Shown here piece after piece: positions 27,605 to 38,742 of a stretch of 64,000 nucleotides of DNA. Within the stretch, counting starts at the first letter, position 1. Each line of letters begins with the position of its first letter. The notes below the pieces were generated by a model. It saw nothing but the letters and a program-made list of their open reading frames with translations. It searched no databases and was not told where the DNA came from. The translations under genes were made by a program, and so were the position numbers. Source of the DNA: Octopus sinensis (taxonomy: Eukaryota); contig NC_042999.1 of assembly GCF_006345805.1 (NCBI RefSeq), positions 173,042,001-173,106,000 on the forward strand, written 5' to 3'.

Positions 27605-28210
27605 GTCACACATAGTCCCCAGATGGTAACATTGATTTCAAGGCCTTCCAAGATGAGTGACTGGTTATTCAGAAACACTTATAGATTGTAAATTTATTCT
27701 GTCCATTTACATATCAGTATAGTGGTCATTTGCAAATTCCAAATTTCATTTCTCCTTAGCCCTCACGTCACACAGTTGTTAATGTTTATTTCAGTTGGGT
27801 CACGTCCTTCCAATTGCTATAGATTCGTAATGCATCTTACGGCTGTGCTTCTCACCTGGATGGTGAGGAATCCTACATTGGGAGTGTTAACGATTAGGGT
27901 AGGGACTGCTTATTGTAATCATTCGTCTTTTGGTTTCCTGTAGCTTTGCTCTCTTTTACAAACCCAGTGAACATATATTTCCTATTTCAAAGAAATTCAA
28001 ACAATAGATATAAGACCCAAGTTAAAAAGATTCTCAACAATTCAACTACTCTGGTTGATATTAAGATGCCCATCCCAAACAGGGGCGTTAACTCTCACAT
28101 TTTAGAGCTCCATGACCTTTATTTTTCAGGAGCAGCATTTTTTTAACAGGTTCAATAAGATTGGAATTTTGGAATATGCACATACAAATCAGTAGTATGG
28201 GATATATGTG
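27605..28210 (+). repeat. diverged duplicate of 26484-27110 (interior of the Helitron-like element)
   Basis: Collinear from GTCACACATAGTC to CAGTATGGGATA-ATGTG. Confidence 0.9.
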
Positions 28211-28839
28211 TTCATCTTCTTTTTGTGTTCCCAGCACTTGGCATCCTAATTTAGGGGCCTTTAATTGTATTACTACATGGATAATATTTTTCTATACGAA
28301 TAATATTTTTGTCTTATGACTGATTCGTCTTTTGTGATGGGCACCTGGTAGTAACTAATATTTCTACCCTTCTTGTTTATATTCGCATATTTACATGATG
28401 AATTTATTCGTAGAATTCTTCCCGACATGCCCTATACTGCCGTGTAGATTTTGCGTCTGCGCAGAGATTTGAAAAGTTAAGATCTGCTAGTAGTCGAGAT
28501 CGACACATGTTCTCACATCGATGCAGACCTCGATTCAATTTAGGCGACTCGTTGATAAAGCCAGCCTTAGCAAACATATTTTGTGTTTTGCTAGAAAGAG
28601 GCAGAAACTGATCGGTCCGAGGTGTAAAGTTATCGGTAAATGTTTTTGATTTTCACTCTCGATAAGTTCATCTTCTTTTTGTGTTCCCAGTACTTGGCAT
28701 CCTAATTTAGGGGACTTTAGTTGTATTACTACATGAATAATATTTTTCTATACGAATAATATTTTTGTCTTATGACTTATTCGTCTTTTGTGCTGGGCAC
28801 CTGGTAGTAACTAATATTTCTACCCTTCTTGTTTATATT

Positions 28840-28846
<7 letters not shown>
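28210..28846. repeat. 181-bp direct repeats (28210-28390, 28666-28846) flanking a 275-bp spacer
   Basis: Near-identical copies from GTTCATCTTC to ATATTCGCATAT, period 456 bp. Confidence 0.92.
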
Positions 28847-28876
<30 letters not shown>

Positions 28877-28879
28877 CAT

Positions 28880-29095
28880 AACTTAGATATGTTTCGACCA
28901 AAGATTTGACCAGGCTATGTCTAAGTTAATAGCACCAGCAGACAGGATTTGCTAAATCCTTTTGATGTCAAGTTTTGTGGTATCCTGTCCCATTCGAGTA
29001 GAGAGTACTCGTTGAGTGGGTTGTATTCAGATATATGTGGCTTACCTTGTATCCCTTGAAGAAATTTGTCTATATTCCGTTTAAAGGTGTAGATA
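28880..29095 (-). mobile_element. 3' fragment of the same CR1-like family as 23496-25545
   Basis: Shares AACTTAGATATGTTTCGACCAAAGATT...ATGTCTAA-TTAATAGCACCA. Minus strand reads FKRNIDKFLQGI. Confidence 0.88.
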
Positions 29096-29179
29096 TATAT
29101 GTACAAATATCCCCTTCAGCCTTGAATGAAAGAAAATATCCCAGAGCACTAAGATTGCAAGAGCTTAAAATGTACTCCA

Positions 29180-29356
29180 GGACAGGGACTACCCAACTCA
29201 ATTCATAAATGAAGGAACTAAACGGGCAAAATCCATTAGAAAAAGCCAAATACAACAACAAATCTACCCTCAAGGCACTATCTCATATCTCCACATAAAA
29301 ACCCCAGAAACAAAGAAGCATTCAATATCATCGTCCAAAATCTTCCAATACTCCAT
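29180..29356 (+). mobile_element. Penelope-like RT-thumb/linker fragment
   Basis: Reads RDYPTQFINEG and, after a frameshift, PRNKEAFNIIVQNLPIL. Confidence 0.55.
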
Positions 29357-29370
29357 AAGGGCCACAAACT

Positions 29371-29531
29371 TATGGGCGTTTTTCAGTTTTCGTCCAGTAA
29401 ATCCACTCGCAAGTCTTCGGTCGGCCCGTAACTATAGTAGAAGACAACTTTCCCAAGGTGCCACGCAGTGGGACTGAACACAGAGCCATGTGGTTGGGAA
29501 GTAATGTTCTAATCACACAGACAACCTACGC
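29371..29531 (-). mobile_element. OR2-like SINE 5' half
   Basis: CCCAAGGTGCCACGCAGTGGGACTGAAC on the plus strand is the reverse complement of the head/CORE region. Confidence 0.8.
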
Positions 29532-29619
29532 TTATATAGTTTCCTACCACACAGCCGGGCCTGAGCCTATATGCTACGCCTGCACTTATATGTGTATGTC
29601 TTTATGTGTATGTTGTCTA

Positions 29620-29835
29620 TGCGTCTATGTTCGTCCCCTAACACTGCTTGTCAAACGGTCTTGATTTGTTTGCCTCCTCAGTACTTAACACTTCATGGGG
29701 AAAAAAGCCGATGAAATACGTATAAGGCTTTAAAAATATATACTGGAATTGATTTGTTCGAGTAACCTTGCCCAAAATGTACTTGCATGGCCGCTGTCCA
29801 ATGACTGAAAGAAGTGAATGATGAAAGATAAAATA
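29620..29835 (+). mobile_element. decayed OR2-like SINE 3' half
   Basis: Ends GCATGGCCGCTGTCCAATGACTGAAAGAAGT. Confidence 0.65.
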
Positions 29836-30711
29836 TCTATAAGTATTCCTTCACTGTCTATAAAAACTGTCATAGGAACTGAGAACAAAATATACGTTAA
29901 TGTAAACTACAACAACATGTACTCATCAAACGGTATATAATCACCTCAGTTTCTTTCGATCAGACTGCACTTACTTTATTTCCCCTACCACTACTTCCTG
30001 CACATATACTTCTCCAGCCTAGATTAGTAATTCACAAAGGTCTACCCAACCTGAAATGCAGCCTCCTGGAAGCCACAAAAAGCAAAATCAAAACCAAATA
30101 AAACAGTCTGATGAAATGGAGCTTGTCAAAAGCTTCGAAGTCACTTCCAAATCTTTTACTTGAATTATAAATTATAAAGTATTTTACAATCCTTCAGTAC
30201 AATTGGTTTTAAAACCTATCATAAAAGAAATTAATATAAGGGTATGCGTATCTGCGTATAAATATCATTCAGCCACGTTAGTGGTTGAATATATTAAGTC
30301 CACCATTTCGTCAACTGCAGCAGATTCACCACTAATTCAGTTCTCAACTAAATTGCAAACTATTAACAGTTTTAAAGAGGACCTCTCCTCAGCTACACTA
30401 TGGCATAAATAGTTCGAGATTTGGTTCAGTGCAAAAAGGTTCATTAACATACCAGCGACCTCAAGGGTGGCAGTAAGGTACCTATTCACCTTCAATTAAC
30501 ATAAACGTTTAATAATTTTAAAATAAAAGTATACATTTCTTATGCTTAAATGATAGAAAAGTTCAGAATCGTTAGTCGCGTTGAACAAAAATTCGTAGAA
30601 GAAAAGTTATGGGGTGAAATACCACGAAATTTCGTGTAAGAGAGTTAGGAAGTAACGCATATCAATAAGAATATTAAAGAATATATTGCGCAAACGAATG
30701 TTTAAGTTCTA

Positions 30712-30815
30712 ATCCGTCACCGCGCCAGTGAAATGCTTAACAGTATTTCGCCTGTTTTTATGCTTCGAGTTCAAATTCCACCGAGGTTGACTTTTCTTTT
30801 TATCCACTTCGGATC
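30712..30815 (+). mobile_element. Deu/Nin-like SINE fragment
   Basis: CGAGTTCAAATTCCACCGAGGTTGACTTT. Confidence 0.7.
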
Positions 30816-31858
30816 TATTCTATTTGACGTATAGATTATTTAATTAATTTTTTTAAACTAAACACTTTGAAACTGCCGATACTGCTACAATGTATTACAT
30901 ACAACAGGTGTTACTCATAAAGTTTTTGACAAAATTTTGTATTTTAGAAGTTATTTCTTCACAAGTTACCGAGTGACAAGGAACCAAATCGTGTTTGATA
31001 AGTGCCAATACACGAAACTCTCAGGTTTTGACTAACTCTTTAAGTTCTTCCGATGATATATATGCATATTATACATATGTGTGTGAAAAAATCTCATCAC
31101 GCAATCAAACCAAGGAAAGAGCCTCTACCTGGTCGCTTGACGCTAAAATAGCAGCCAATGTATCTCCCTACTCAGTATTTTATAAGGTAAAATCCTAAAT
31201 TATTAATTGCCCCATTATTAATTATCTTATAACAGCAATGCCTGGAAAAATCATCGATTTCGTGTGAAAATGCAAGCAAGAAAAGTAATATTACGCCTGT
31301 AAAAGTATAGGACAAAATATTACTTCAAGTAAAGTAAAGAATAAGAAACATTTTACTTAACATATTGCAGCTAAAATTTAAATTTGGATATTAAAAAAAT
31401 ATCTTATTATAGTTTACAAATAACACTATACTTATTTAAATAGAATTTGGCTAATTTACTACCTTCAATACAGAAATAAGTGACTAATTAGACAAACTTA
31501 CAAATTAGCTGAACAGTTTTGTACAATAAATTTAAATGATGAGAACTGTAAAGAATGGTAAACTAGAAGAACTGGCATTCTTTGCTGCAATACTTAAAGT
31601 AAAAAGTTTCATATTCTTTACTTTTCCAGGTTTATAATCTTGAGAATATTACTTTTCATGTTCGCATTTTCCATGTATGTGTATATATACATGTATATAT
31701 ATGTATGTATGTGTATATATACATAGAAACATATATATATATTATATATATATATATGTGTGTGTGTGTGAGTATGTGTGTGTGTGTTTATGTCTGTGTG
31801 CGTATGTGTATTATGTGTATTATGTGTGTGTGTGTGTGTGTTTGGAGAGAGAGAGACT

Positions 31859-31909
31859 AAATCGGCTTAGTAGGAACGGGCTTCAAGTCCGTTCCTGCTA
31901 AGCGGATTT
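31859..31909. other. 51-nt near-perfect hairpin
   Basis: AAATC-GG-CTTAGTAGGAACGGGCT-TCA-AGTCCGTTCCTGCTAAG-CG-GATTT. Confidence 0.9.
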
Positions 31910-32022
31910 CCCATCTTTCATCTTCCCTTTGTGTATTTCTAATTTATCAAAGACACTCTAGGGCCTTTGTAATATTGATGTATTACGATAGCACATGTTT
32001 ACGTGTACGTCTCATACTGTGT

Positions 32023-32057
<35 letters not shown>

Positions 32058-32069
32058 ATATATGTTGTG

Positions 32070-32217
32070 TGTTTGTATTTGTCCCCCCCCCAACATCGTT
32101 TGACAACCGATGCTGGTGTGTTTACATCCCCGTATCCTAGCGGTTAGGCAAAAGACACCGATAGAATAAGTACTAGGCTTACAAAGAATAAGTCCTGGGG
32201 TAGATTTGCTCGACTAT
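32070..32217 (+). mobile_element. OR2-like SINE 3' half
   Basis: GATAGAATAAGTACTAGGCTTACAAAGAATAAGTCCTGGGG. Confidence 0.8.
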
Positions 32218-32825
32218 ATATCCATCTACATACACATCAAGAAAGAATTAGGTAAATAGATGAAAAGTTACGTATATGCATACGTATAAATATATTTCCA
32301 AATGTGTGTGTACCTGTATGTATATACGCGTGTATGAGTGCCTATATAAAGCTGTGATGACTCTAGGGTCTTTAGTACAACTGCATACAACATTGGCCAA
32401 AATAAAAGGGAACATATAAAATGTATAACAAAATTATAAGCTAAGGTGGTGATTTTGGGTCTCTTTGTGCTCAACGCTTCCTCCGTTTCTGTGCAAGTGA
32501 TTCAATACGGATCTGCCCGGATATTTTAGAGAATGAAGCTGTGAAGGAAGTCACTGCTTTGATCATCTGATACTTTCATCCCAAAGAGATTTCGATATTG
32601 TTTCCATGGTTCACCAACAGTGTACATATTTGTAGGAAGTTTGATGTAAAACTACGCGACATTGGGTACGCCGTCATTTTGCTTCCGAACGGTACCATCA
32701 AACCAGCTGGTGATATGTATGTACATAAATGTATATAGGGAAAGTTTACGAAAAAACAAAAGACGAGGACAGGTGGTGTACAAAACAAACAGATGTATTA
32801 GGATAACGCTCGGGAATAGAGAAGT

Positions 32826-32861
32826 CTTTTACGTTTCGAGCCTAGGCTCTTCTACAGAAAG
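32826..32861 (-). ncRNA. minimal type I hammerhead-like motif with variant core CUGUAGA, in a probable solo pLTR (~32735-32900)
   Basis: Minus strand: CTTT-CTGTAGA-A-GAGC-CTAG-GCTC-GAA-ACGT-A-AAAG. All three stems pair. Confidence 0.7.
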
Positions 32862-33248
32862 GGACACAGAAAAAACAATGCAACAAAAAAAAATATGTGT
32901 AATGGATAACGATCTATCATGGCGACATTGAGATCACCATTTCTTCTGGTCTGAATATATTTCTTGCAGCGCTTTGGCACAATCTTCTTAACAGTGACTG
33001 TTAGGAATTTACATTCAATAAATTTATTGTTGTTTTCTTCAGCGTATTTATACATGAACTCTAGATCTTTCAGGCAATAAAGTCTACCATCAAAATGTCT
33101 CTTGATTGCTTGTTCTACTTTTGTATCACCAGCATATATAATAAGAGGAAATGCCTACATAAAGGATGACAGGTCTATGATGTCACTACAAAAAACAATT
33201 GCCTCGACACAGTTCCTTAATACACCTCACTCAATATTAATGTCTCCT

Positions 33249-33313
<65 letters not shown>

Positions 33314-33378
33314 ATAAAACGGTAAGATAACAAAAGAAAGAAAGAGACCTCGATATTATGTAAATAGAGGAAATTATA

Positions 33379-35144
33379 CCTGGTAGATAACAGCAAATAC
33401 ACACAACCCTTACACAACAGCATCATTAATAATTATACTAAGGCTAGGGCACAGACATATAACGAAATTAATAAAGAAGCTAGCGTCATCGCCGCTAAAC
33501 TTAAATTAGATAAAAAAATAGAAGCCCTCCCCCAAAAAGAGGCCTTTATTACTATTAAAGATCATAAAGAAAACTTCCTTTCCAACCCTAAATGTAGGCT
33601 TATCAACCCAGCCAAGTCAGAACTTGGGATTATTAGCAAAGAAATTTTAGATAAAATAAATACGAAAATTAAGACCGATACTAGGCTAGTACAATGGTCC
33701 AATAGTATAGAAGTCGTAAACTGGTTTAAAGCTATTAAGAATAAGAAAAAAATCGAGGTTTACACAATTCGATATTGTTGATTTTTATGCCTCTATCTCT
33801 AAAGAACTGCTAGATAAAGCCCTCATCTTCGCTAGTGACTTCATAGAAATTAGTACCAATGATAAGGAAATAATCTTCCATGCTAGAAAGACCTTACTTT
33901 TCAGTGAGGACGCAAAGTGGGTAAAAAACACCGACACAGAGGGCGCTTTCGATGTGAGCATGGGTTCATATGATGGGGCAGGCATCTGTGATCTAATTGG
34001 ACTTTTTCTCCTAGATACCTTAGGTAAGGCATTCCCTAACATACATTTCGCCATCTACAAAGATGATGCCCTCGCCTTAACAGCTAATACAAATGGACCA
34101 GCACAAGATCGTTTTAGGAAGGATATTATCCAGTTAATGAAACACTTCGGACTTAGTATGACTATAGATACTAACCTGACGGTTGTCAATTTCTTTGACG
34201 TTTCCTTAGATCTTAATAAGAATATTTATAAGCCTTATGGGAAGCCCAATGATAGACTAAGTTATATTAATGTAGGTTCATGCCATCCCCCTATAGTATT
34301 CAAAAATGTAGTTAAAAATATTAGTAAGAGGATTTCTAGCCTCTCATCTGATGAGGACATCTTCAATAGCGTTGCCCCAGTTTATAAGGCTTTAAAAGAT
34401 AGTGGTTTTAGCGATAAAATAAAATATACACCTATCACTAGCCCAACAGTAAGGAAAAGGAATAATAGAAATAGGAAGTTAATCTGGTTTACGCCCCCTT
34501 ACTCACCCGAGGTGGCCTTCAATATAGGTAAATATTTCCTAGCACTGATAGATAGACATTTTCCAGTTAACCATACTTATAGGAAACTCTTCAATAGACA
34601 CAATTTAAAAATTAGTTTTAGTTCAACTACCAATTTTAAAAAGATAATCAAACATAACATACAAAAAACACAAGAAGAAAACAGCTGTTCATGCAGGAAT
34701 AAAGAATTGTACCCGCTAAATGGAGCTTGCAAGTCCAAGACCATCATATATGAAGCTACCGTAAACTCTATAACCACTAAAGACACCGTTTCGACGAAGA
34801 AATACGTGAGCCTTACAGAAGGTAATTTCAAGACCAGGTTCAATAACCACACTTTGAGCTTTAGGCACTGGAACAAAAGAAAAGCGACACAATTGTCTAA
34901 TCATATTTGGTCTTTAAGAGATAAAGGTGTCGATTATAACATACAATGGAAGATTTTGGCCAGATGTAAGCCCTATACTAACGGCAGCGGAAGGTGCGGT
35001 CTATGCGACATGGAGAGATGGCTTATCTGGAAAAGTAGCTTAGACCCTACTACATGTCTAAATACAAGGACAGAGCTTTTCGGATCATGCCCACATGTGA
35101 CTAAATTTCTGTTACGTTTTTGGTCCCCTAAAGAAAACAGATAG
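33379..35144 (+). pseudogene. PLE reverse transcriptase + Cys-rich linker + GIY-YIG endonuclease, one frameshift in the A7 run at 33746-33752
   Basis: KCRLINPAKSELG, FDIVDFY, MGSYDGA, YKDD (34056-34067), WFTPPYS, CSC...PLNGAC, IIYEATV...KKYVSLTEGNFKTRFNNH, CGLC and LNTRTELFGSCPH. Confidence 0.92.
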
Positions 35145-35338
35145 AACATGCTTTCTATGTTATGTCCCAAGAAGAATTTATATATTTTTTATATATTTTT
35201 TATATATTTTTTATGTATTTTTATATAATTTTTATGACGAAAAATGCGAGCGATGTATAAGTACGCAGGCAAGCAGAGTTATAACAGAGTAATTTCCCTT
35301 TATTTAACGGTATTTTTTCATAACGTTTTCAAATAGCC

Positions 35339-35401
35339 AGATAACCGAAGAGATGGTGTTGTGGATTTCCACTTCGGCATCTGAAACTCAGAGTTTTATC
35401 T
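35339..35401 (+). ncRNA. type I hammerhead-like motif in the PLE 3' pLTR (U4 to C in this copy)
   Basis: AGATAA-CCGAAGA-GATG...GTGG-ATTT-CCAC...CATC-T-GAA-ACTC-A-GAGT-T-TTATCT. Confidence 0.7.
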
Positions 35402-35559
35402 TGACTACCGAGTAATGTAACATATTGTATAGATATATATATATATATAATATATATATATATTATATATATATATATTTGTATATATATCTACGTAAGT
35501 ATATGTATTCTATGCAGAAATTTATGTACAATACTTATGCTTATATACTATTTACTATT

Positions 35560-35940
35560 TACCATTTACTTGTTTCAGTCATTTGACTGCGGCCATGCTG
35601 GAGCAACGCCTTTAGTCGAGCAAATCGACCCCAGGACTTATTCATTGTAAGCCTAGTACTTATTCTATCGGGCTCATTTTACCGAACCGCTAAGTGACGG
35701 GGAAGTAAGCACGCCAGCATCGATTGTCAAGCGATGTTGAGGGGTCAAACACAGACACACAAACATATACACACACATACAAATATATATATACATATAT
35801 ACGACGGGCTTCTTTCAGTTTCCGTCCACCAAATCCATTCACAAGTAGAAGACACTTGCCCAAGGTGCCACGCAGTGGGACTGAACCCGGAACCATGTGG
35901 TTGGTAAGCAAGCTACTTACTACACAGCCACTCCTGCGTC
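35560..35940 (-). mobile_element. OR2-like SINE, full length with a small internal deletion
   Basis: Reverse complement of the family at 779-1211. Confidence 0.9.
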
Positions 35941-36029
35941 AATATATGCATATATATAGAGAGATATGTAAACATGTATTTATGAATGTATGTATGTACG
36001 TATGTATGTATCCATGCATGTATATATGA

Positions 36030-36276
36030 AAGTAATCAATGTGTCATTACTTTCTGGTTAACAGCAAACAACATGTCTACCTTTAGACATTTTAGTCAAT
36101 ATGGTGTTCATAAATATTTCATCGGAAAAGTTTATTTCCAAATATGGTTTCTGATGTATTGATTTGTTGTTAAAACTTAGACATAATGGAAGTTTGGAAA
36201 ATTTTACTTTGATCTAAATTAAGCGAAAAAATAAATTATTTTATATGAGCAGCCTATAGCCATTAGCTTTATTTCT
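36030..36276. repeat. ~245-bp non-TE-looking segment duplicated at 47243-47490
   Basis: Collinear from TAATCAATGTG to GCAGCCTATAGCCATTAGCTTTATTTCT, with one 4-bp indel. Confidence 0.92.
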
Positions 36277-36933
36277 AATCATCATCATCATCTTCGTAGT
36301 CGTCATGATCGTCATCATCATCATTATTATTAAGACTATTTCTGTTAATATTATGAATATTGTTGTTGTTCTTGTTGAGTTGATAATATTATTATCATAA
36401 TTTTATTTATAATATATCAATATATTGTTAGTTTTCTTATTAATTCGTATTATTATCTTAGCTTCTACTGAATGTCATAGTAATTGGCAGGTCGTTAATA
36501 GTGCTCTTGATCCTATTAAAGAATCATTGAACTTATATTTGCATTGATATATTTTTTATGCAAAACTAGCAAAGTGAAAACGGAAGTGTGACGTAATTCA
36601 AACATATTGATTATGCACATTCTTTTGAGTACAATTTAACATTCTAGGTATTTCAATAGTCTCAAATTTCATACATAACCATGTATATGTGAGTGTGCAT
36701 GCTTGTGTGTCTATACGGATGTACGCATACACACACTGGCATATAAATATATATATTATGCTATGATATGATGCAATACAAATTTCCACAGAATAACAGA
36801 CGATGTTCAACATTCAATTGCAATATGAACACCTGCTGCTGATGATGCAGAAACCTCAACGATGAAACGTACGTAAGGAAATATATAATATAATGAGAAT
36901 CTTCTATTTACCAAACTCCGTGTGTGTGTGTGT

Positions 36934-36980
<47 letters not shown>

Positions 36981-37189
36981 TGTCTGTCTGTCTGTCTGTC
37001 TGTGTCTGTGTGTGTGTGCGTGCGGATGTGTGTATTGATATCACTGTTTGTTTTTATGCTCAGTTATAATAAAAAACTATTTTACATTAATCTGAAGAGT
37101 TCATACTAATGTAAATTTCAATTTTATTATTCTTTAACAAGTATAGCAAACAAATTTTCGCCAAAAGTAAAAATAAAATCAAAATTTAC

Positions 37190-37750
37190 ATTACCTCTCT
37201 GGAGTAATAAAATGAAAGTAATAGACTGGTTTAACAAGATCCCAAGAAGAAAATGAATGCCGTTTCTCCAATTCGATATCAGAGATAATTATGGCTATTT
37301 TGAACCGAAGCAACCGAAATAAACGACTCTGAAATTTAAACACTGTTACCACCAACGAAATCGCTCCTCTTCCACAACAGTTCTGTCTGGATTAAGAAAA
37401 ATACTAGGAAGACTAAGCAAACATCGTCGAATTCTACATATTGCAAACTTATACAACACATTTCCTCCAATATAGAGACGACGGCGTACTCCTACTAAGA
37501 AAATAAACTCCCAAAATTATCAATTTAGGAAAGAACCACACCTCCTCTTTAAAAATTTAATCTCATACATGAATATATACACACATTTTATAATGCCACA
37601 CTTCCAAATAGGCCTAAAATATTATGTTATAAAATACCCACGACTGAAACAGATTTGCATATATATTTATAAACACTGCCCACAAACTCCGCCGCTATCA
37701 AGCAGATAGGCTAAAATTTCTACATATTGATCAAATTATTTATAGAACAT
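37190..37750 (+). mobile_element. decayed Neptune-type PLE RT fragment
   Basis: WSNKMKVIDWFNKI (37200-37241), FLQFDI and YRDDG (37471-37485). Confidence 0.75.
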
Positions 37751-38244
37751 TGAGCCTCAAGTTAGAAACATACTTTGTACTTACCCACTCCCCTTATGAA
37801 CATCAATGCGCATGATAAATAGATTTCTATACTGACAACGCCATCACATGCTCGACTAATAACCCAAATACGAGCAGAAAATACTAACATCAACAACAAG
37901 TAAAAAATAGTTAGCAGTGAAAACACACCACTTGCATTCTTTTGTGAACCCTTAATCATTAAGTTTTTCAATATTGGACTAATCTTTGATCTTTAACAAA
38001 GTTGAAAGCAAAGGATTAAAACCTATAAAACCAAAAATAACTAAAACCATTGACACATCACTGAAAAACAAATACTCTCCACCTACCTACATCCTTCTTA
38101 TAAACCACTAAAATGCAAACCTATAACCTCAAGCTGACAAACCTAAATAAACACAACTGTTTACAAAGTTCTAAACTCATGAATAAATTCTGAACAATAA
38201 CATAGCCGCTATTTCAATTCATAAGCATTTATCCAGAACACATC

Positions 38245-38365
38245 TACACCAAGGGATTATGTTGATTACATCGATCCCTGAAGGATCAAAGGCAACGTTG
38301 AACTGGGCAGAATTTTAACACAGAACATAAAGACGGACAAAATGTTGCTAAGCGTTTTACCTGTC
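38245..38365 (-). mobile_element. decayed Deu/Nin-like SINE fragment
   Basis: GATTACATCGATCCCTGAAGGATCAAAGGCAAC is a diverged reverse complement of the family domain. Confidence 0.55.
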
Positions 38366-38397
38366 ATTATTATTATTATTAATATTATTATTATTGT

Positions 38398-38672
38398 TAT
38401 GGCTTAGTGGCTAGTGTGTTTCACTTACGTTCTAGCGATTGTGATTTCAATTCCTAGACCAGGTGTTGCATTGTAAGTTTGAGCAAAACACTTCATCTCA
38501 CGTTACTCTGCGACCACTTCGACACCTGACGCGTTGTACATCGTGCACCTGTTCAGTCAACGTTGATTTGAAGGAGGAAGTGAGCTAATGTGCAGCACAA
38601 CGTTTGATCGCTATAAACAAATATTCTGTACAGGTTATTCGGCAGAATCTGAACAGTCGTAAGTGGTCTTCG
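38398..38672 (+). mobile_element. tRNA-derived SINE (further family)
   Basis: A box TGGCTTAGTGG, B-box-like GATTTCAATTCC, then TTGAGCAAAACACTTCATCTCACGTT. Confidence 0.7.
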
Positions 38673-38696
38673 ACAGAAGAGTCCGTCATCCTCATT

Positions 38697-38742
<46 letters not shown>

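Larger units (their letters stand above)
33312..35425 (+). mobile_element. Penelope-like element (Neptune-type), 5'-truncated, with inverted pLTR tip and 3' pLTR, embedded in (TA)n
   Basis: RT and GIY-YIG coding region, hammerhead motif in the 3' UTR, and (TA)n on both sides. 33312-33372 matches the antisense pLTR relic at 40151-40200. Confidence 0.9.

Noticed and set aside
23140-28846. Spaced direct repeats that might suggest a CRISPR-like array
   Set aside because: The repeats are 180-600 bp, occur only two or three times and derive from TEs in eukaryotic DNA. There is no short-repeat/spacer periodicity and no cas genes.
30108-30150. CTGATGA followed by a 7-bp hairpin and GAAG
   Set aside because: 3-nt spacer before stem II, GAAG instead of GAAA, and no stem I or NUH site.
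30995-31030. TTGATAA-GTG-CCAATA-CAC-GAAAC hammerhead-like spacing
   Set aside because: Two core substitutions and no stem I. Possibly a fossil, but not supportable.
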